32,000 nt of DNA from Pyrodictium occultum (GCF_001462395.1 NZ_LNTB01000001.1:1080001-1112000); one strand, 5' to 3'; counted from the stretch's first letter, positions 6,942 through 16,840 are shown. A program made the numbers and translations. Notes: generated by a model not told the origin, from the letters alone.

Positions 6942-7289
6942 CTAGCGCTTCTCGCTCTCCCGGAGCGCTTCTATCAGCTTCTCAAGCACCTGGTCAGCCG
7001 TAACCCCCTTGATGCGTATCCGCTTGGTCCGGCTCCCGGCCCCATAGACTATATCCACCATCGAGCGCGAGACCCCGAAGAGCCTTGAGAAGAACCTTAC
7101 GAGGCTAGCGTTGGCGCGGCCCTGCACCGGAGGCTCCTCGGTGTAGAATACCAGCTCCCCGGCCTCCATCCTCAGCCCGGTGAAGGAGGAATCAGGCTTC
7201 ACGTAGAGCTGGATATCTACGTATCCATCCCCCTCCGCTATGTGGGCGCGTATGGCCTCCTCCACGGCATGGACACCCTTCCACTCCAC
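6942..7289 (-). CDS. DUF167 (YggU-like, UPF0235) family protein
   Basis: 115 aa. It reads ...PPVQGRANASLVRFFSRLFGVSRSMVDIVYGAGSRTKRIRIKG..., matching the G-x-AN...L..FL...SV.IV.G..SR.K.I pattern typical of DUF167. Confidence 0.6.
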   Translation of the reverse strand: MEWKGVHAVEEAIRAHIAEGDGYVDIQLYVKPDSSFTGLRMEAGELVFYTEEPPVQGRANASLVRFFSRLFGVSRSMVDIVYGAGSRTKRIRIKGVTADQVLEKLIEALRESEKR

Positions 7290-7395
7290 AGCCCGGGGCC
7301 GCCTCCCCGGAGGGCTGGGCCGGAGGGTAGCGTGGGAGGGCTAAGGGAGAAAAAAGGTTCTAAGCAGCCTGCCGCGCACCTCCCAGTAGACCCGG

Positions 7396-8190
7396 GTGCC
7401 GTCAGCCCTGCTGCTACGCTTCTACGAGACCATTGAGCCAGACGCCACGGTTGCTAAGGCTATCCGGCTTCTCGGCACCCGTGGGATAAGCCACGCAGCC
7501 GTTGTGGATGACGAGGGCCTACTCATAGGCGTAGTATCCGTGAAGGATCTGGCACGGCACCTGCTGGACGTCTTTGAGGATGCCGGCGCTGTGGAGAGGT
7601 TCAATTTCAAGGCGGCGCTGGAGACAAGTGTCTACGAGGTGGCCAATAAGCCTCCATACGTGGCGGAGAGGATGGGCCCAAGGGAGGCGGCGGAGATCAT
7701 GATACAGAGGGGGATAGGCTTTCTCCCTGTAGTCGACGAGTCCGGCCGCTTCATCTCGGCCTACACCGAGCTGGACTACGCTATGCAGCTGCTGGGGAGC
7801 AACGAGCCCGCCCGGTGCTATGCCACCCACAGCCTGGTCATGGGTGATCCAAGCGAGCCCCTAATAGAGGCTCTCGGCTATATGTACGAGAAGGGGTTTA
7901 GGAGGCTTCCGCTTAACGTGGACGAGGAGTACTATCTGGCTACCATGACGTCCATACTCATGGCTATAGCCCGGCGCCCGTCCGAGGACACGCTCCTCGA
8001 GCCCCTTGCAAGCCGTTCAGCCCCCGCGCCGGTCCTAGACTATGAGGCAGCCGTGGTGTCTGACGTAGCCGAGCTAATCCTCTCAGTCAACGAGAGGGCC
8101 CTCCTGCTGCTGGACGGCGAGAGGCTAGCTAGAGCTATAATCACGGAGCGCGACCTCCTTAGGGCCTACCTGGGCAGGGGGGAATGCTAG
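7396..8190 (+). CDS. CBS domain-containing protein (tandem CBS pairs)
   Basis: 264 aa with repeated CBS-like segments (AIRLLGTRGISHAAVVDDEGLLIGVVSVKDLARHL; EIMIQRGIGFLPVVDESGRFISAYTELD; ...AIITERDLLRAY). GTG start. Confidence 0.7.
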   Translation: MPSALLLRFYETIEPDATVAKAIRLLGTRGISHAAVVDDEGLLIGVVSVKDLARHLLDVFEDAGAVERFNFKAALETSVYEVANKPPYVAERMGPREAAEIMIQRGIGFLPVVDESGRFISAYTELDYAMQLLGSNEPARCYATHSLVMGDPSEPLIEALGYMYEKGFRRLPLNVDEEYYLATMTSILMAIARRPSEDTLLEPLASRSAPAPVLDYEAAVVSDVAELILSVNERALLLLDGERLARAIITERDLLRAYLGRGEC

Positions 8191-8280
8191 CCAGCCCCGA
8201 GCCCGTGCTGGCGGCCCTGGCTGCTGTGGCAGCGAGCTTCATTATCCTCGGCCGGCTGCTATGCAGCCAGGGGAGGCGTA

Positions 8281-8508
8281 GTGGAGCTGGAAGAGCCGAG
8301 GAAGAGGAGGTACTGCATCGAAGACATCGAGAGAGTATGGATAGAGTATGACAGACAGAGCGACATACTCTACATACACTTTGGAGACATCGACGAGGAG
8401 GCGGAGGAGGCTATACTCACCGAGAACGATATAGTGTTCCGCGTTAAAAGCGGGAAGCTCCTAACAATGAGTATAATGGACTTTTCCCGGAAGGCGGGGC
8501 TTGAGTGA
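8281..8508 (+). CDS. DUF2283 family protein
   Basis: 75 aa. WIEYDRQSDILYIHFGD...ILTENDIVFRV..GKLLTMSIMDFSRK matches the Y-D-x-x-x-D-x-L-Y-I pattern of DUF2283. GTG start. Confidence 0.55.
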   Translation: MELEEPRKRRYCIEDIERVWIEYDRQSDILYIHFGDIDEEAEEAILTENDIVFRVKSGKLLTMSIMDFSRKAGLE

Positions 8509-8724
8509 CATAGGCTATCCAAGGCCCGATGAGGAGCCGTGTTTCAACGAGCAGCCCTGCAATGAAGACGCCACGGCCCTGGCCGAGGCTTCTATCCTAT
8601 TGCCGGTTCCGCCCAGCCCATAAACTCGGGTGTATGCCGGCAATACGCCCGGCCGAGAAGGGGGCGTAGGAGGGCCGGACAGCCGATACTGCTGCGAAGC
8701 CTAGGCACCGCAGGTTCTCTCTAG

Positions 8725-9171
8725 CTACCCGTGCTCCCCTGTAGCCCCGGGTATACTGCTCCGATCCGCGTAGTGCACTATGTAGTGCCTAGGCCTTAGG
8801 CTCGACACTATGTAGTTGAATGCCTTCCAGGGATCACTGTTGGCGCCGCAGGTGTAGACGTCTACAGTAGCATAGCCATAATCAGGCCACGTATGTATGG
8901 CTATATGGCTCTCGAGCACGAGAGCTATAACGGAGACGCCGCCATGGTAGCCGCTGAACTTCCAGGACTTGAGGTCGACTAGATGCATGTTAGCAACCCT
9001 GGCAGCCTCGACTACAATACGCTTTAGGCCCTCCTCGTCCCACAGTTTTTCCCGGGCTACACCGTAGAGGTTGCCATAGACGTGTTTGCCCACTATGAAG
9101 TCTTCCTGCGCGGTACCGGTCTGTCTAACCTCCCTACCGACGGCCTCCATCGCTGACACCCCTGAATTCAC
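8725..9171 (-). CDS. Pyruvoyl-dependent decarboxylase proenzyme of the AdoMetDC (SpeH/SpeD class 1) family; substrate (AdoMet vs arginine) unresolved
   Basis: 148 aa containing GGVSVIALVLESHIAIHTWPDYGYATVDVYTCG, with the E-S self-cleavage site and the HTWPE/D motif. The listed start is GTG 9171; ATG at 9150 is an alternative. Confidence 0.8.
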   Translation of the reverse strand: MNSGVSAMEAVGREVRQTGTAQEDFIVGKHVYGNLYGVAREKLWDEEGLKRIVVEAARVANMHLVDLKSWKFSGYHGGVSVIALVLESHIAIHTWPDYGYATVDVYTCGANSDPWKAFNYIVSSLRPRHYIVHYADRSSIPGATGEHG

Positions 9172-9283
9172 CTACACGGCGGAGACCCTACTTGCATCAG
9201 GGCTCTTCAAGCCCGGGGCCCTGCAGTCCGGGTTTTTCACCCTTACGCGTGAGCTTCTCGCCCGCCACGCTTATCTGCCGGCC

Positions 9284-9505
9284 CTAACCGGCGCGCTTCC
9301 CACAGGAGAAGCCCTCCACTATCAGGTTCAACCTCTCCACCAGCCCGCAAACCTCCTCCTCCGGGACGACAGCGACTGAGCCGTCCTCGCCGCGTAGTAT
9401 CACGATACCCTCCTTTACCTCGGCGCGGAAGACTACAGGCTTCTTTGGCCTGGCGAGGAGTATGACCTCAGATGGCGATGTGGACCTCTGCCTCCTCTGA
9501 GGCAA
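9284..9505 (-). CDS. Hypothetical small protein (73 aa)
   Basis: Host-like codon usage, TTG start, beta-rich sequence EVILLARPKKPVVFRAEVKEGIVILRGEDGSVAVVPEEE. No family recognised. Confidence 0.4.
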   Translation of the reverse strand: MPQRRQRSTSPSEVILLARPKKPVVFRAEVKEGIVILRGEDGSVAVVPEEEVCGLVERLNLIVEGFSCGKRAG

Positions 9506-9616
9506 GGCGGTAGCGCCCCAGGGTGGAGAATTTTACACATTGAGGTATAGAGGGGAGAAAAAGCTCAAGCCCCCTCAGCGCTTACCGTAGGCCGGTACTT
9601 CGAGGCTACCGCGCGG

Positions 9617-10018
9617 CTAGTTGGTCTGATCGGCCTGCTCATGAACGGCCTGGCCGGAGCGCCTCCTGGGCCTATCCGGCGGCCCATAGAGCCTCCACTC
9701 GAGACTCATGGCCTCGCGCAGCATTCTCCTGCGCTTCCTCTCCTCGATCTCCTCCCTGACGCCCGGCATGTCTGGTGTACCGTAGCGGCCTCCCCGCAGC
9801 TCCACTATGTCACCGCGCATCTTGAGCCTACTGAGCGCCCTCCGCAGCCTGTCCTCGCCCGCTATGCCGCTGAAGGCCTCGCGCAGCTCCTTCCATGTTA
9901 CCGGCCGGCCCTTGCTCCTTATGAACTTGTAGACAAGCTCCACCAGCTCCTCGTCCGTCGGAGCCTTCATCACCACGAGCTCCTCGTCCTCGTAGAGCAC
10001 CTTAAGGTCTAGACTCAT
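9617..10018 (-). CDS. Hypothetical winged-helix-like protein
   Basis: 133 aa. LVELVYKFIRSKGRPVTWKELREAFSGIAGEDRLRRALSRLKMRGDIVELRGGRYG looks like a wHTH, followed by a basic tail. Confidence 0.5.
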   Translation of the reverse strand: MSLDLKVLYEDEELVVMKAPTDEELVELVYKFIRSKGRPVTWKELREAFSGIAGEDRLRRALSRLKMRGDIVELRGGRYGTPDMPGVREEIEERKRRRMLREAMSLEWRLYGPPDRPRRRSGQAVHEQADQTN

Positions 10019-10134
10019 ATGCTCCCACCCATTAACTATTGTTCACGAAGCGTTCTTGATAAGTATTACCATATGCAGTGATCTCACAAGTTAACAATAT
10101 GATGTGTAAATCGAGAACTAAATATATTTCATCA

Positions 10135-10158
10135 TCCTAGGGATAGTCCTAGGGATAG
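10135..10158. repeat. Perfect tandem duplication of the 12-mer TCCTAGGGATAG
   Basis: TCCTAGGGATAG occurs at 10135-10146 and again at 10147-10158. It is flanked by the inverted CATCAT (10129-10134) and ATGATG (10162-10167), inside the AT-rich 177-bp spacer 10019-10195. Confidence 0.9.
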
Positions 10159-10195
10159 ATTATGATGCAGTAGAGCATTCAACGCAGGGTGCCAG

Positions 10196-10744
10196 CTAGT
10201 CTAGCCAAAACCTCTTGACAACATCCAGCACGGAGGCACTAACCCTAGCAAGCTGCGCTAGGACAACTGTGCTAACCCCCGCTATGTAGAGGTGGAGTGG
10301 TAGATAGAGGGGCATCATACTGGGCTCTTCCACATAGGACTCTATAAGGCCCAATGTACTGGCGAATGTGGTTACGAGGCTTGATGCCACCATATCCTCA
10401 TTTATGGATCCTCTCACCACGCTGTAGACGAGCCGCCTCAGTGTGTAAAGAAACTCGTTGAGGGCGCCTGAAAGCTCTCTTCCAGCACTACTGAGTCTAC
10501 AGAGGGTTTCCCTGCACTCGAGCATACCGTAGTAGGAGAGCATGTCTATTATCTCATTGAGCCTGGAACATTTGAAGCCGAAGCTTTCTATCCGCGCCTC
10601 CAGGTCGGCTACGCTGATCTCCTCGGAGCCCAGGAGCCGCAGGACCAGGACCACGCAGCGGGCATGCGGCGACAGGGTCTTCAGTACACGTCTATCGGCT
10701 CTTATGAGTATTTCCTCCGCTCCAGCATCTATACTCTCGCTCAC
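10196..10744 (-). CDS. Hypothetical protein with an N-terminal wHTH-like region
   Basis: 182 aa. LKTLSPHARCVVLVLRLLGSEEISVADLEARI...IIDMLSYYGMLE resembles an ArsR/MarR-like wHTH. The remainder is unassigned. Confidence 0.45.
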   Translation of the reverse strand: MSESIDAGAEEILIRADRRVLKTLSPHARCVVLVLRLLGSEEISVADLEARIESFGFKCSRLNEIIDMLSYYGMLECRETLCRLSSAGRELSGALNEFLYTLRRLVYSVVRGSINEDMVASSLVTTFASTLGLIESYVEEPSMMPLYLPLHLYIAGVSTVVLAQLARVSASVLDVVKRFWLD

Positions 10745-10782
10745 AATCCTGCACCTATCCCGTAGCCCTCGGGAGCCCTGGC

Positions 10783-11085
10783 CTAGGGCTTCCAGGCCAC
10801 AGTCCCACCCCTGGCCAGGAGGAGGGGTAGCAGCATTATCACTAGTGCCAGTATCATCAGTATTATCGCGCCTATTACTGCTATTTTTACAGCCCCGCCG
10901 CCCGAGCCAAACACTATGGGGAAGGGGCCTATGACCACTACCCCTCCGTACTCGCCTTTGCCACCGCTGCGGATGATACTATAGAAGACACCTATGAAGA
11001 TGAGGAGGACGCCTATGAAGATGAGCGCTATGCCCGCCGGCACAAGCTTTGATAACGTGCCGCCGCCCTCGACGGGGGTGCTCAA
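10783..11085 (-). CDS. DUF131 / TIGR00304-like small membrane protein
   Basis: 100 aa with two hydrophobic segments flanking GGVVVIGPFPIVFGSGGG, the pattern I associate with DUF131. Confidence 0.55.
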   Translation of the reverse strand: MSTPVEGGGTLSKLVPAGIALIFIGVLLIFIGVFYSIIRSGGKGEYGGVVVIGPFPIVFGSGGGAVKIAVIGAIILMILALVIMLLPLLLARGGTVAWKP

Positions 11086-11185
11086 CCCCGGCCCCCGGGT
11101 TCCTGCCCGGCGCTATCTCGGGACTCTTCTATAATAAGGTGACGTCAGCGGGGTGCATGCTCATAGACGGATTAGGTAGGGTTCT

Positions 11186-11851
11186 ATGCCCGGCGTCATC
11201 CAAAACCCCGCAGGATACAACCCCGAGTCTAACTCTATAATAGCCTCCGGCGCCCACGAACCAAACTATGGGAGGCTCTGGGTCATGATAGGGTTTGACT
11301 ATCAGCCCTCGGTGCCCTGGGTGCCCACAAGGGACGAGGTTATTCGCAGCCTGGTTTCGATACTCAACCCCAAGGAGGGCGACGTGGTCTACGATGTAGG
11401 CTGTGGCGACGGCCGCGTAGCAGTAGCACTGGCCGAGGCTTTCCCCCATATACGTGTTAAGTGCATTGAGCTGAGGAGCGATCTTGCGGAAAGGGCTAGG
11501 CAGGCTGTGAGAGAGCGGGATCTCACAGGCCGTGTAGAGGTTATAGAGGCTGACTTCTTTAAGACTCCCCTACGCGATGCCGACATAATCTATATGTACC
11601 TTCTGACGAGCGTGAATCAGAAGCTTAGGCCGAAGCTCGAGGAGGAGCTGAAGCCCGGCGCCATAGTGGTGACGCTTGACTTCCCTATACCCGGCTGGAA
11701 CCCGGTGACCACGTTCGAGCTGCAGCGTTCATGGCAGAAGACGCTATACGTCTACGTCAAGGGCGTGTCAGACCGGAGCATGGAGCCTTCTGAGAGGGAG
11801 AAGCTGCTCCAGCAAGCTATGGAGAGGATTAGAAAGATGCCGGGCGGCTAG
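11186..11851 (+). CDS. Crenarchaeal protein lysine methyltransferase (aKMT-like class I SAM methyltransferase)
   Basis: [16 protein letters not shown]...[19 protein letters not shown]...[40 protein letters not shown]...TLYVYV closely follows the Sulfolobus aKMT sequence as I recall it. The true start is probably ATG 11285 (MIGFDYQPS...). Confidence 0.7.
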   Translation: MPGVIQNPAGYNPESNSIIASGAHEPNYGRLWVMIGFDYQPSVPWVPTRDEVIRSLVSILNPKEGDVVYDVGCGDGRVAVALAEAFPHIRVKCIELRSDLAERARQAVRERDLTGRVEVIEADFFKTPLRDADIIYMYLLTSVNQKLRPKLEEELKPGAIVVTLDFPIPGWNPVTTFELQRSWQKTLYVYVKGVSDRSMEPSEREKLLQQAMERIRKMPGG

Positions 11852-13329
11852 TCTCCCATACGCTCTATACGCCACGTCGTTTTTCCGCCGGGATGGTCGT
11901 AGAGCCTTATCCCCAGCCGCGCTAGCTCCGATCTTATGGAGTCTGCCAGGTCGAATAGCCTTCTCTTCCTCAGCTCCTGGCGCACAGATACTATTATCTC
12001 GACCAGCTTCTCAGTCATCTCTGCCGCCGGCGCCCCGGCGCCCTGGAGCACGTCGTCGAGCACAGCGAATACCGTGTTAAACTCCTCGTAGACGCGGAGG
12101 GCGAGAAGCCCTGCCGTGTAGTACTCGCCGGGTATAAGGGTGCTATTGGTTATCCTGGTCAGCTTTAGGACGGCCGCTAGGGCTCTGGCTGTGTTGAAGT
12201 CATCACTCATAGCCTCGTGGAACCCGTAGTAGGCGTCAACCACCTCGCCCAGGGCCTTCAACTCCTTGTCGCTTAGCCTGCCCCTTGGCTCGGCCTCCCT
12301 CAGCATCCTGGCGAGGTCTGACACCGCGCCCCGGAGCCGGCGCAGGTTGGCCTCAGCCTGCTCGAGGGCACCCTCGCTGAAGTCGAGCTGAGTACGGTAG
12401 TGGGCGCTTAGCAGCCAGAGGCGTAGCACGCTCGGGCTCCACTTCTTCGAGGCCTCCCGGAAGGGTATGATGTTGCCAAGGCTCTTGCTCATCTTCTCCC
12501 CGCGTATGGTTAGGTAGCCCGTGTGGAGCCAGTAGCGTACCCAGGGCTTCTTCCCGAAGAAGGCCTCGCTCTGGGCCCTCTCGTTCTCGTGGTGGGGGAA
12601 GACCAAGTCCTGGCCCCCGCCGTGGATATCGAACTGCTCGCCGAGGTACTTGGAGGACATCACGCTGCACTCTATGTGCCAGCCGGGCCTTCCCCGGCCC
12701 CAGGGGGCCTCCCAGTAGGGCTCGCCGGGTTTCCAAGCCTTCCAGAGCGCGAAGTCGTAGGGATGCTTCTTCTCCCTGAGCACGTCCTCCTCCTGCCTCC
12801 ACTCCTCGGGGTGGAAGCGGCCGCTCAGCTCGCCGTAGCCGGGGAAGGCGTCTACGTCGAAGTACACGCTACCGCTGGGGGCCACGTAGGCGTAGCCCTT
12901 GTCTATCAAACCCTGGATGAATTCTATGATCTCCTTTATGTGGTCTGTAACCCTTGGGTGAATGTGGACGCTTATTTTGAGCTTCTGCAGCATCTCGAAG
13001 TAATCGCGGCTGTAGGTGTCCACTATTTCACGCCAGTCCCTCCCCTCGCGCCTGGCACGGTCGATAATCTTGTCATCGATGTCCGTTATGTTCTGTACAT
13101 GGATGACACTGTAGCCTCGGAGAGCCAGGTACCGTTTTATGGCGTCAAAGGCTACATAGGTGCGCGCGTGGCCGAGGTGGGTGTAGTCGTACACCGTCGG
13201 GCCGCAGACGTACATGCGGACAATGCCGGGCTCAAGGGGCTCGAAGACCTCGAGCCTCTGGCCCATAGTGTTCCTCACGCGTATTCGCGGCCTGCCACGC
13301 CACCTCAACGCCCTGAAGCCTTGAGACAC
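11848..13329 (-). CDS. cysS: Cysteinyl-tRNA synthetase
   Basis: [19 protein letters not shown] (HIGH), KMSKSLGN and WHIECS motifs. The listed start is GTG 13329; ATG at 13266 ([23 protein letters not shown]) fits the usual CysRS N-terminus better. Confidence 0.9.
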   Translation of the reverse strand: MSQGFRALRWRGRPRIRVRNTMGQRLEVFEPLEPGIVRMYVCGPTVYDYTHLGHARTYVAFDAIKRYLALRGYSVIHVQNITDIDDKIIDRARREGRDWREIVDTYSRDYFEMLQKLKISVHIHPRVTDHIKEIIEFIQGLIDKGYAYVAPSGSVYFDVDAFPGYGELSGRFHPEEWRQEEDVLREKKHPYDFALWKAWKPGEPYWEAPWGRGRPGWHIECSVMSSKYLGEQFDIHGGGQDLVFPHHENERAQSEAFFGKKPWVRYWLHTGYLTIRGEKMSKSLGNIIPFREASKKWSPSVLRLWLLSAHYRTQLDFSEGALEQAEANLRRLRGAVSDLARMLREAEPRGRLSDKELKALGEVVDAYYGFHEAMSDDFNTARALAAVLKLTRITNSTLIPGEYYTAGLLALRVYEEFNTVFAVLDDVLQGAGAPAAEMTEKLVEIIVSVRQELRKRRLFDLADSIRSELARLGIRLYDHPGGKTTWRIERMGD

Positions 13330-13396
13330 AATAGTCCATCCCCCGCGGCCCTAATAGACTGGAATGGGCTCGGTGGCGTGCTAGGGGGCCTGGCGG

Positions 13397-14545
13397 TTGA
13401 AGAGGTTTGCGAACCTTGTAGAAAGACTGCTGGCGGAGAAGAAGAGGCTAGCGGCCAGCATAGAGTCCAGGCTCGATCCGAGGGAGGCTGAGGAGGCCCG
13501 GCGGGACCATCACGCGAGACGCCGGCCGATACCCTGCGGCATGACCATACACACGGGGGTTGGCTGCAACTTCGGCTGCCTCTACTGCTACGTTCCAGAC
13601 ATGGGGTTCCCGCTCAAGCCCAGGCCCTATCCGCTCAGCGGCCTCCAACTGGTCTATGCGCTGCTCAACAACCCCTACTTCGTCCCGGGGCCCCGGGGGA
13701 CCCTGCTAGCATTTGGATCGGTTACCGAGCCCTTCATGCCTGAGACGGTGGATAGAGCCCTCGAGTATCTGGAGGAGACCTGGCGGCACTTACGCAACCC
13801 TCAACAGATATCGACCAAATCCGTGCTTGATGGGGAGAGGCTAGAGCGCTTCGTAAAGTCGAGCGACCCTAGGATAAACGTGCTTATAACGATAACAACC
13901 CTACGGTACGCCCATATGCTTGAGCCCGGCGCTCCTAGCCCGGATGAGAGGCTCCGCTTCGCAGCCGAGCTGGCGAGGAGAGGGGTTAGCGTGACACTCT
14001 TCCTACGCCCCATAGTACCGGGGGTGACTGACCGCGAGCTTGAGGATATAATCCGGAGGGCCCGTGAGGCGGGCATAAGGACTATGGTTCCGGGCAGCCT
14101 GCGGGTCACCCCCGGAATCCTCAGGAGGCTGGGGGCATCCGGGATAGTTGACATAAAGGTTATAGAGGAGAGGCTGCCTAGGAACCCCCGGGGCTCGAGG
14201 GACCAGGTAACGCTGAGGGAGTCGGATCTCAAGGAGCTAGCCGCCAGGATTGCGGCAAGATACGGGCTAAGAGTGCTTCCAAGCAGCTGCTCCGCCAATA
14301 TAGTCTCCCATGGGCTGGGCTGCTGGGCCTGTAAGTGGGGTCCCTGCGGCCATGCCCCTCCGCGCCCCCAGGAGGGCGAGGTGGCCGAGGCCGCCGAGGT
14401 TCTTGGCTGCAGGAGGGCTAGGGCCTCGGTTAAGGGCAATACAATATACCTTGTATGTAATGGAGACAGACGCCTAGCAGATATAGCGAGAGTCTGGATA
14501 GAGACGATTACCAAGTTTAGGACTGTGGCCAGGCAGGGCCGGTGA
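13397..14545 (+). CDS. Radical SAM protein (SPL/photolyase-like group)
   Basis: The CxxxCxxC cluster in HTGVGCNFGCLYCYVP. 382 aa, TTG start. Confidence 0.7.
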   Translation: MKRFANLVERLLAEKKRLAASIESRLDPREAEEARRDHHARRRPIPCGMTIHTGVGCNFGCLYCYVPDMGFPLKPRPYPLSGLQLVYALLNNPYFVPGPRGTLLAFGSVTEPFMPETVDRALEYLEETWRHLRNPQQISTKSVLDGERLERFVKSSDPRINVLITITTLRYAHMLEPGAPSPDERLRFAAELARRGVSVTLFLRPIVPGVTDRELEDIIRRAREAGIRTMVPGSLRVTPGILRRLGASGIVDIKVIEERLPRNPRGSRDQVTLRESDLKELAARIAARYGLRVLPSSCSANIVSHGLGCWACKWGPCGHAPPRPQEGEVAEAAEVLGCRRARASVKGNTIYLVCNGDRRLADIARVWIETITKFRTVARQGR

Positions 14546-14575
14546 CCCCAGGGCAACCCGCTTCTAGAAAAACGG

Positions 14576-15214
14576 GTGCCCGCTCCTCTTTTCTATACGC
14601 CCGCGGCACCGGCAGGGCGTGTTACAGGGGAGGACCAGGTAATGGAGCACGGGGGAGTGCCCAGGTACAAGCTGTTCAACATGATAGTGGCTCACGAGCC
14701 CGGCTACTACTCTATGAGGAGGGCCCTGAGAGAGATAGAGGGCATTCTAGGACGGGTGCGAGTATTTGACGCGCCGAGGTCGCTGCTGCTCCTTAAAGTG
14801 GACGACCCTTACGATGCTGTGGCTAGGCTGGCCCGGGGGCTTAGCGAGGACAGCGTCGTGCTGAGGGCTATACCTGTTGACCTCGAGGTAGCGCCCTACG
14901 TGGACTACGTGGCCGAGGCTGCCAGGGAGCTACTCTACTCCAAGTCAAGCGGGGGCTCCGCCTTCGCGATAAGGCTTGAAGGGAGGCTCTACGACCGCAA
15001 GACGGGGAGGCTTCTACACAAGAGGGACGCCATAGAGGCTATAGCCGATGGCATAGACCTGCCCGTAAACCTCGAGGAGCCGGACCTGCTCGTGCTGGTG
15101 AAGGTTGTGAGGGTGCACCGCTCCCTCAGCTACGCGGCCATAATGGTGGCGCCTCCATGCAGTATATACTCCAGGGCGCGACGTGGCCGGAGAGTGTGCA
15201 CGCCCGGCCATTAG
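14576..15214 (+). CDS. THUMP domain-containing protein
   Basis: AFAIRLEGRLYDRKTGRLLHKRDAIEAIADGIDLPVNLEEPDLLVLVKVV resembles the THUMP core. The likely start is ATG 14642 (MEHGGVPRYKLFN...). Confidence 0.55.
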   Translation: MPAPLFYTPAAPAGRVTGEDQVMEHGGVPRYKLFNMIVAHEPGYYSMRRALREIEGILGRVRVFDAPRSLLLLKVDDPYDAVARLARGLSEDSVVLRAIPVDLEVAPYVDYVAEAARELLYSKSSGGSAFAIRLEGRLYDRKTGRLLHKRDAIEAIADGIDLPVNLEEPDLLVLVKVVRVHRSLSYAAIMVAPPCSIYSRARRGRRVCTPGH

Positions 15215-15298
15215 TGCTAGCCCCTAACCCCCTTAGACCCGGGAAACGCCCCGGCTCTCAGAGGGGCGGCCTTCTCTCCCCCGGAGGCTGCAGCCGCT

Positions 15299-16840
15299 AT
15301 GCAGGAAAGCAAGACCCTACACGAGGAGCGCGGCAGGCCGGCCCCGGGCAGGCTGCTGGGCTTCGTGGTGGACAACTCCACCCCCATCGTGGCCCGCTTT
15401 GTCTCCTCCAACCCGCCCCCCATCGGCGACTATGTCCTTATAGAGTATCCTGGCGGCGCCCTACTGGGCCTGGTTGAGCAGGTGGGCACGAGGAGTATCA
15501 CCCTCAACGCGCTGCCCGGGATTTACGACCCTGCTATTGTCGAGAAGCTTAGCGGCGAGATGAGCGAGGACGACGTGTTCTTCGAGTGCACTGCCAGGCT
15601 GCTTGGAGACGTGGACACTCTCCGCATGCCCAGGCTCCCCCCACTGCCCGGGGCCCGTGTCTACCAGGCCCCCAGCGAGCTCCTTCAACGCGTGTTCGGG
15701 GGAAAGGAGCCCTACCGGCTCCGCCTGGGCGTGCTAGCCTCCCGGCCCGATGTGCCGGTCTACGTTGATGTAAACAAGCTTGTCACCAGGCATACAGCCA
15801 TACTGGCTGTCACCGGCGCGGGTAAGAGCAACACTGTGGCTGTAGTAGTTGACAGGCTCGTCCGAATAGGCGGTACCGTCGTAATATTCGACTTCCACGG
15901 GGAGTACCTTGGCTCCAGCCTGGGAGGCCGCGTCAACATTATAGAGCCTGTGCTCAACCCCAGACGGCTGAGCACCTCGGAGCTTATGGTGCTACTGGGC
16001 GTCGAGCAGCGCTACTATAAGCAGGAGCGCATCCTCCGCCGCGCCCTCAAGCAGGTACAGGAGACCGGTGAAGAGGAGCGGGGAGGCTTCCTAGAAACAC
16101 TGGCCCGGGCAGTTGAGCACGTGAGCCGGCGCCGTAACGAGGATACTAGCGCGGCGGCAGCTGTGGTTAACAAGATAGAGTCGCTCCAGGAGCGGTACGG
16201 CGACATTATACGCGACGATGCCGTCGACCCGGTCTCAAGGATCAGGCCTGGCTACGCCAATGTAATTGATCTAAGCCGTGTTGACCGCGACGCGGCCGAC
16301 GCCGTGGCCAGCCATGTGCTCCGAATACTCCTTGCCGAGAGGAAGCGGCACCGGCTGACCGGCTCGAGCCAGGTGCCATACCCCGTGCTAGTAGTGGTCG
16401 AGGAAGCCCACATACTGGCCCCAAGGGATGAGGAGACCCTCTCCAAGTACTGGCTCACAAGGATAGCTCGCGAGGGCCGCAAGTTCGGCCTAGGCCTCAT
16501 GCTTGTGAGCCAGAGGCCCAAGGGGCTTGACCCGGAGATACTGAGCCAGGCCAACAACATGATCGTGCTGCGGATCGTCGAGCCGAGCGATCAACGCTAC
16601 GTGCAGGCTGCCAGCGAGAGCCTCAGCGATGATCTCGTGGCCCACCTACCTTCGCTCAACACGGGGGAGGCCGTAGTGGTAGGCCCCTTTATACGGATAC
16701 CAGCCCTCGTTAGAATAGACAAGTATCCCGGCAAGCTCGGCGGATCCGATATAGATGTTGTCGCCGAGTGGAGGAGCATGTCATGGCTGGAGGCTGAAGC
16801 CGGGGGAGTGGACGAGCTGACCTCAGACTTCATGCAGTAA
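15299..16840 (+). CDS. herA: DNA double-strand-break repair helicase HerA
   Basis: Walker A AILAVTGAGKSNT, Walker B VLVVVEEAHILAP, and ...LMLVSQRP.... It lies immediately upstream of mre11-rad50. Confidence 0.85.
   Translation: MQESKTLHEERGRPAPGRLLGFVVDNSTPIVARFVSSNPPPIGDYVLIEYPGGALLGLVEQVGTRSITLNALPGIYDPAIVEKLSGEMSEDDVFFECTARLLGDVDTLRMPRLPPLPGARVYQAPSELLQRVFGGKEPYRLRLGVLASRPDVPVYVDVNKLVTRHTAILAVTGAGKSNTVAVVVDRLVRIGGTVVIFDFHGEYLGSSLGGRVNIIEPVLNPRRLSTSELMVLLGVEQRYYKQERILRRALKQVQETGEEERGGFLETLARAVEHVSRRRNEDTSAAAAVVNKIESLQERYGDIIRDDAVDPVSRIRPGYANVIDLSRVDRDAADAVASHVLRILLAERKRHRLTGSSQVPYPVLVVVEEAHILAPRDEETLSKYWLTRIAREGRKFGLGLMLVSQRPKGLDPEILSQANNMIVLRIVEPSDQRYVQAASESLSDDLVAHLPSLNTGEAVVVGPFIRIPALVRIDKYPGKLGGSDIDVVAEWRSMSWLEAEAGGVDELTSDFMQ

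Noticed and set aside
11848-11851. Shared palindromic CTAG forming the stop codons of both convergent genes (aKMT TAG and cysS TAG)
   Set aside because: It is real but trivial, a 4-nt tail-to-tail overlap with no evident functional implication.
12523-13491. 322-aa plus-strand ORF (and 12353..12802 on the minus strand) overlapping cysS
   Set aside because: It is antisense or out of frame to a CysRS with unambiguous HIGH and KMSKS motifs. Its Pro/Gly/Ala/Val-rich composition is typical of shadow ORFs in GC-rich DNA.
13801-14556. 251-aa minus-strand ORF opposite the radical SAM gene
   Set aside because: It is a shadow ORF with Ser/Leu/Pro-rich low-complexity sequence, and the plus-strand gene has the CxxxCxxC motif.
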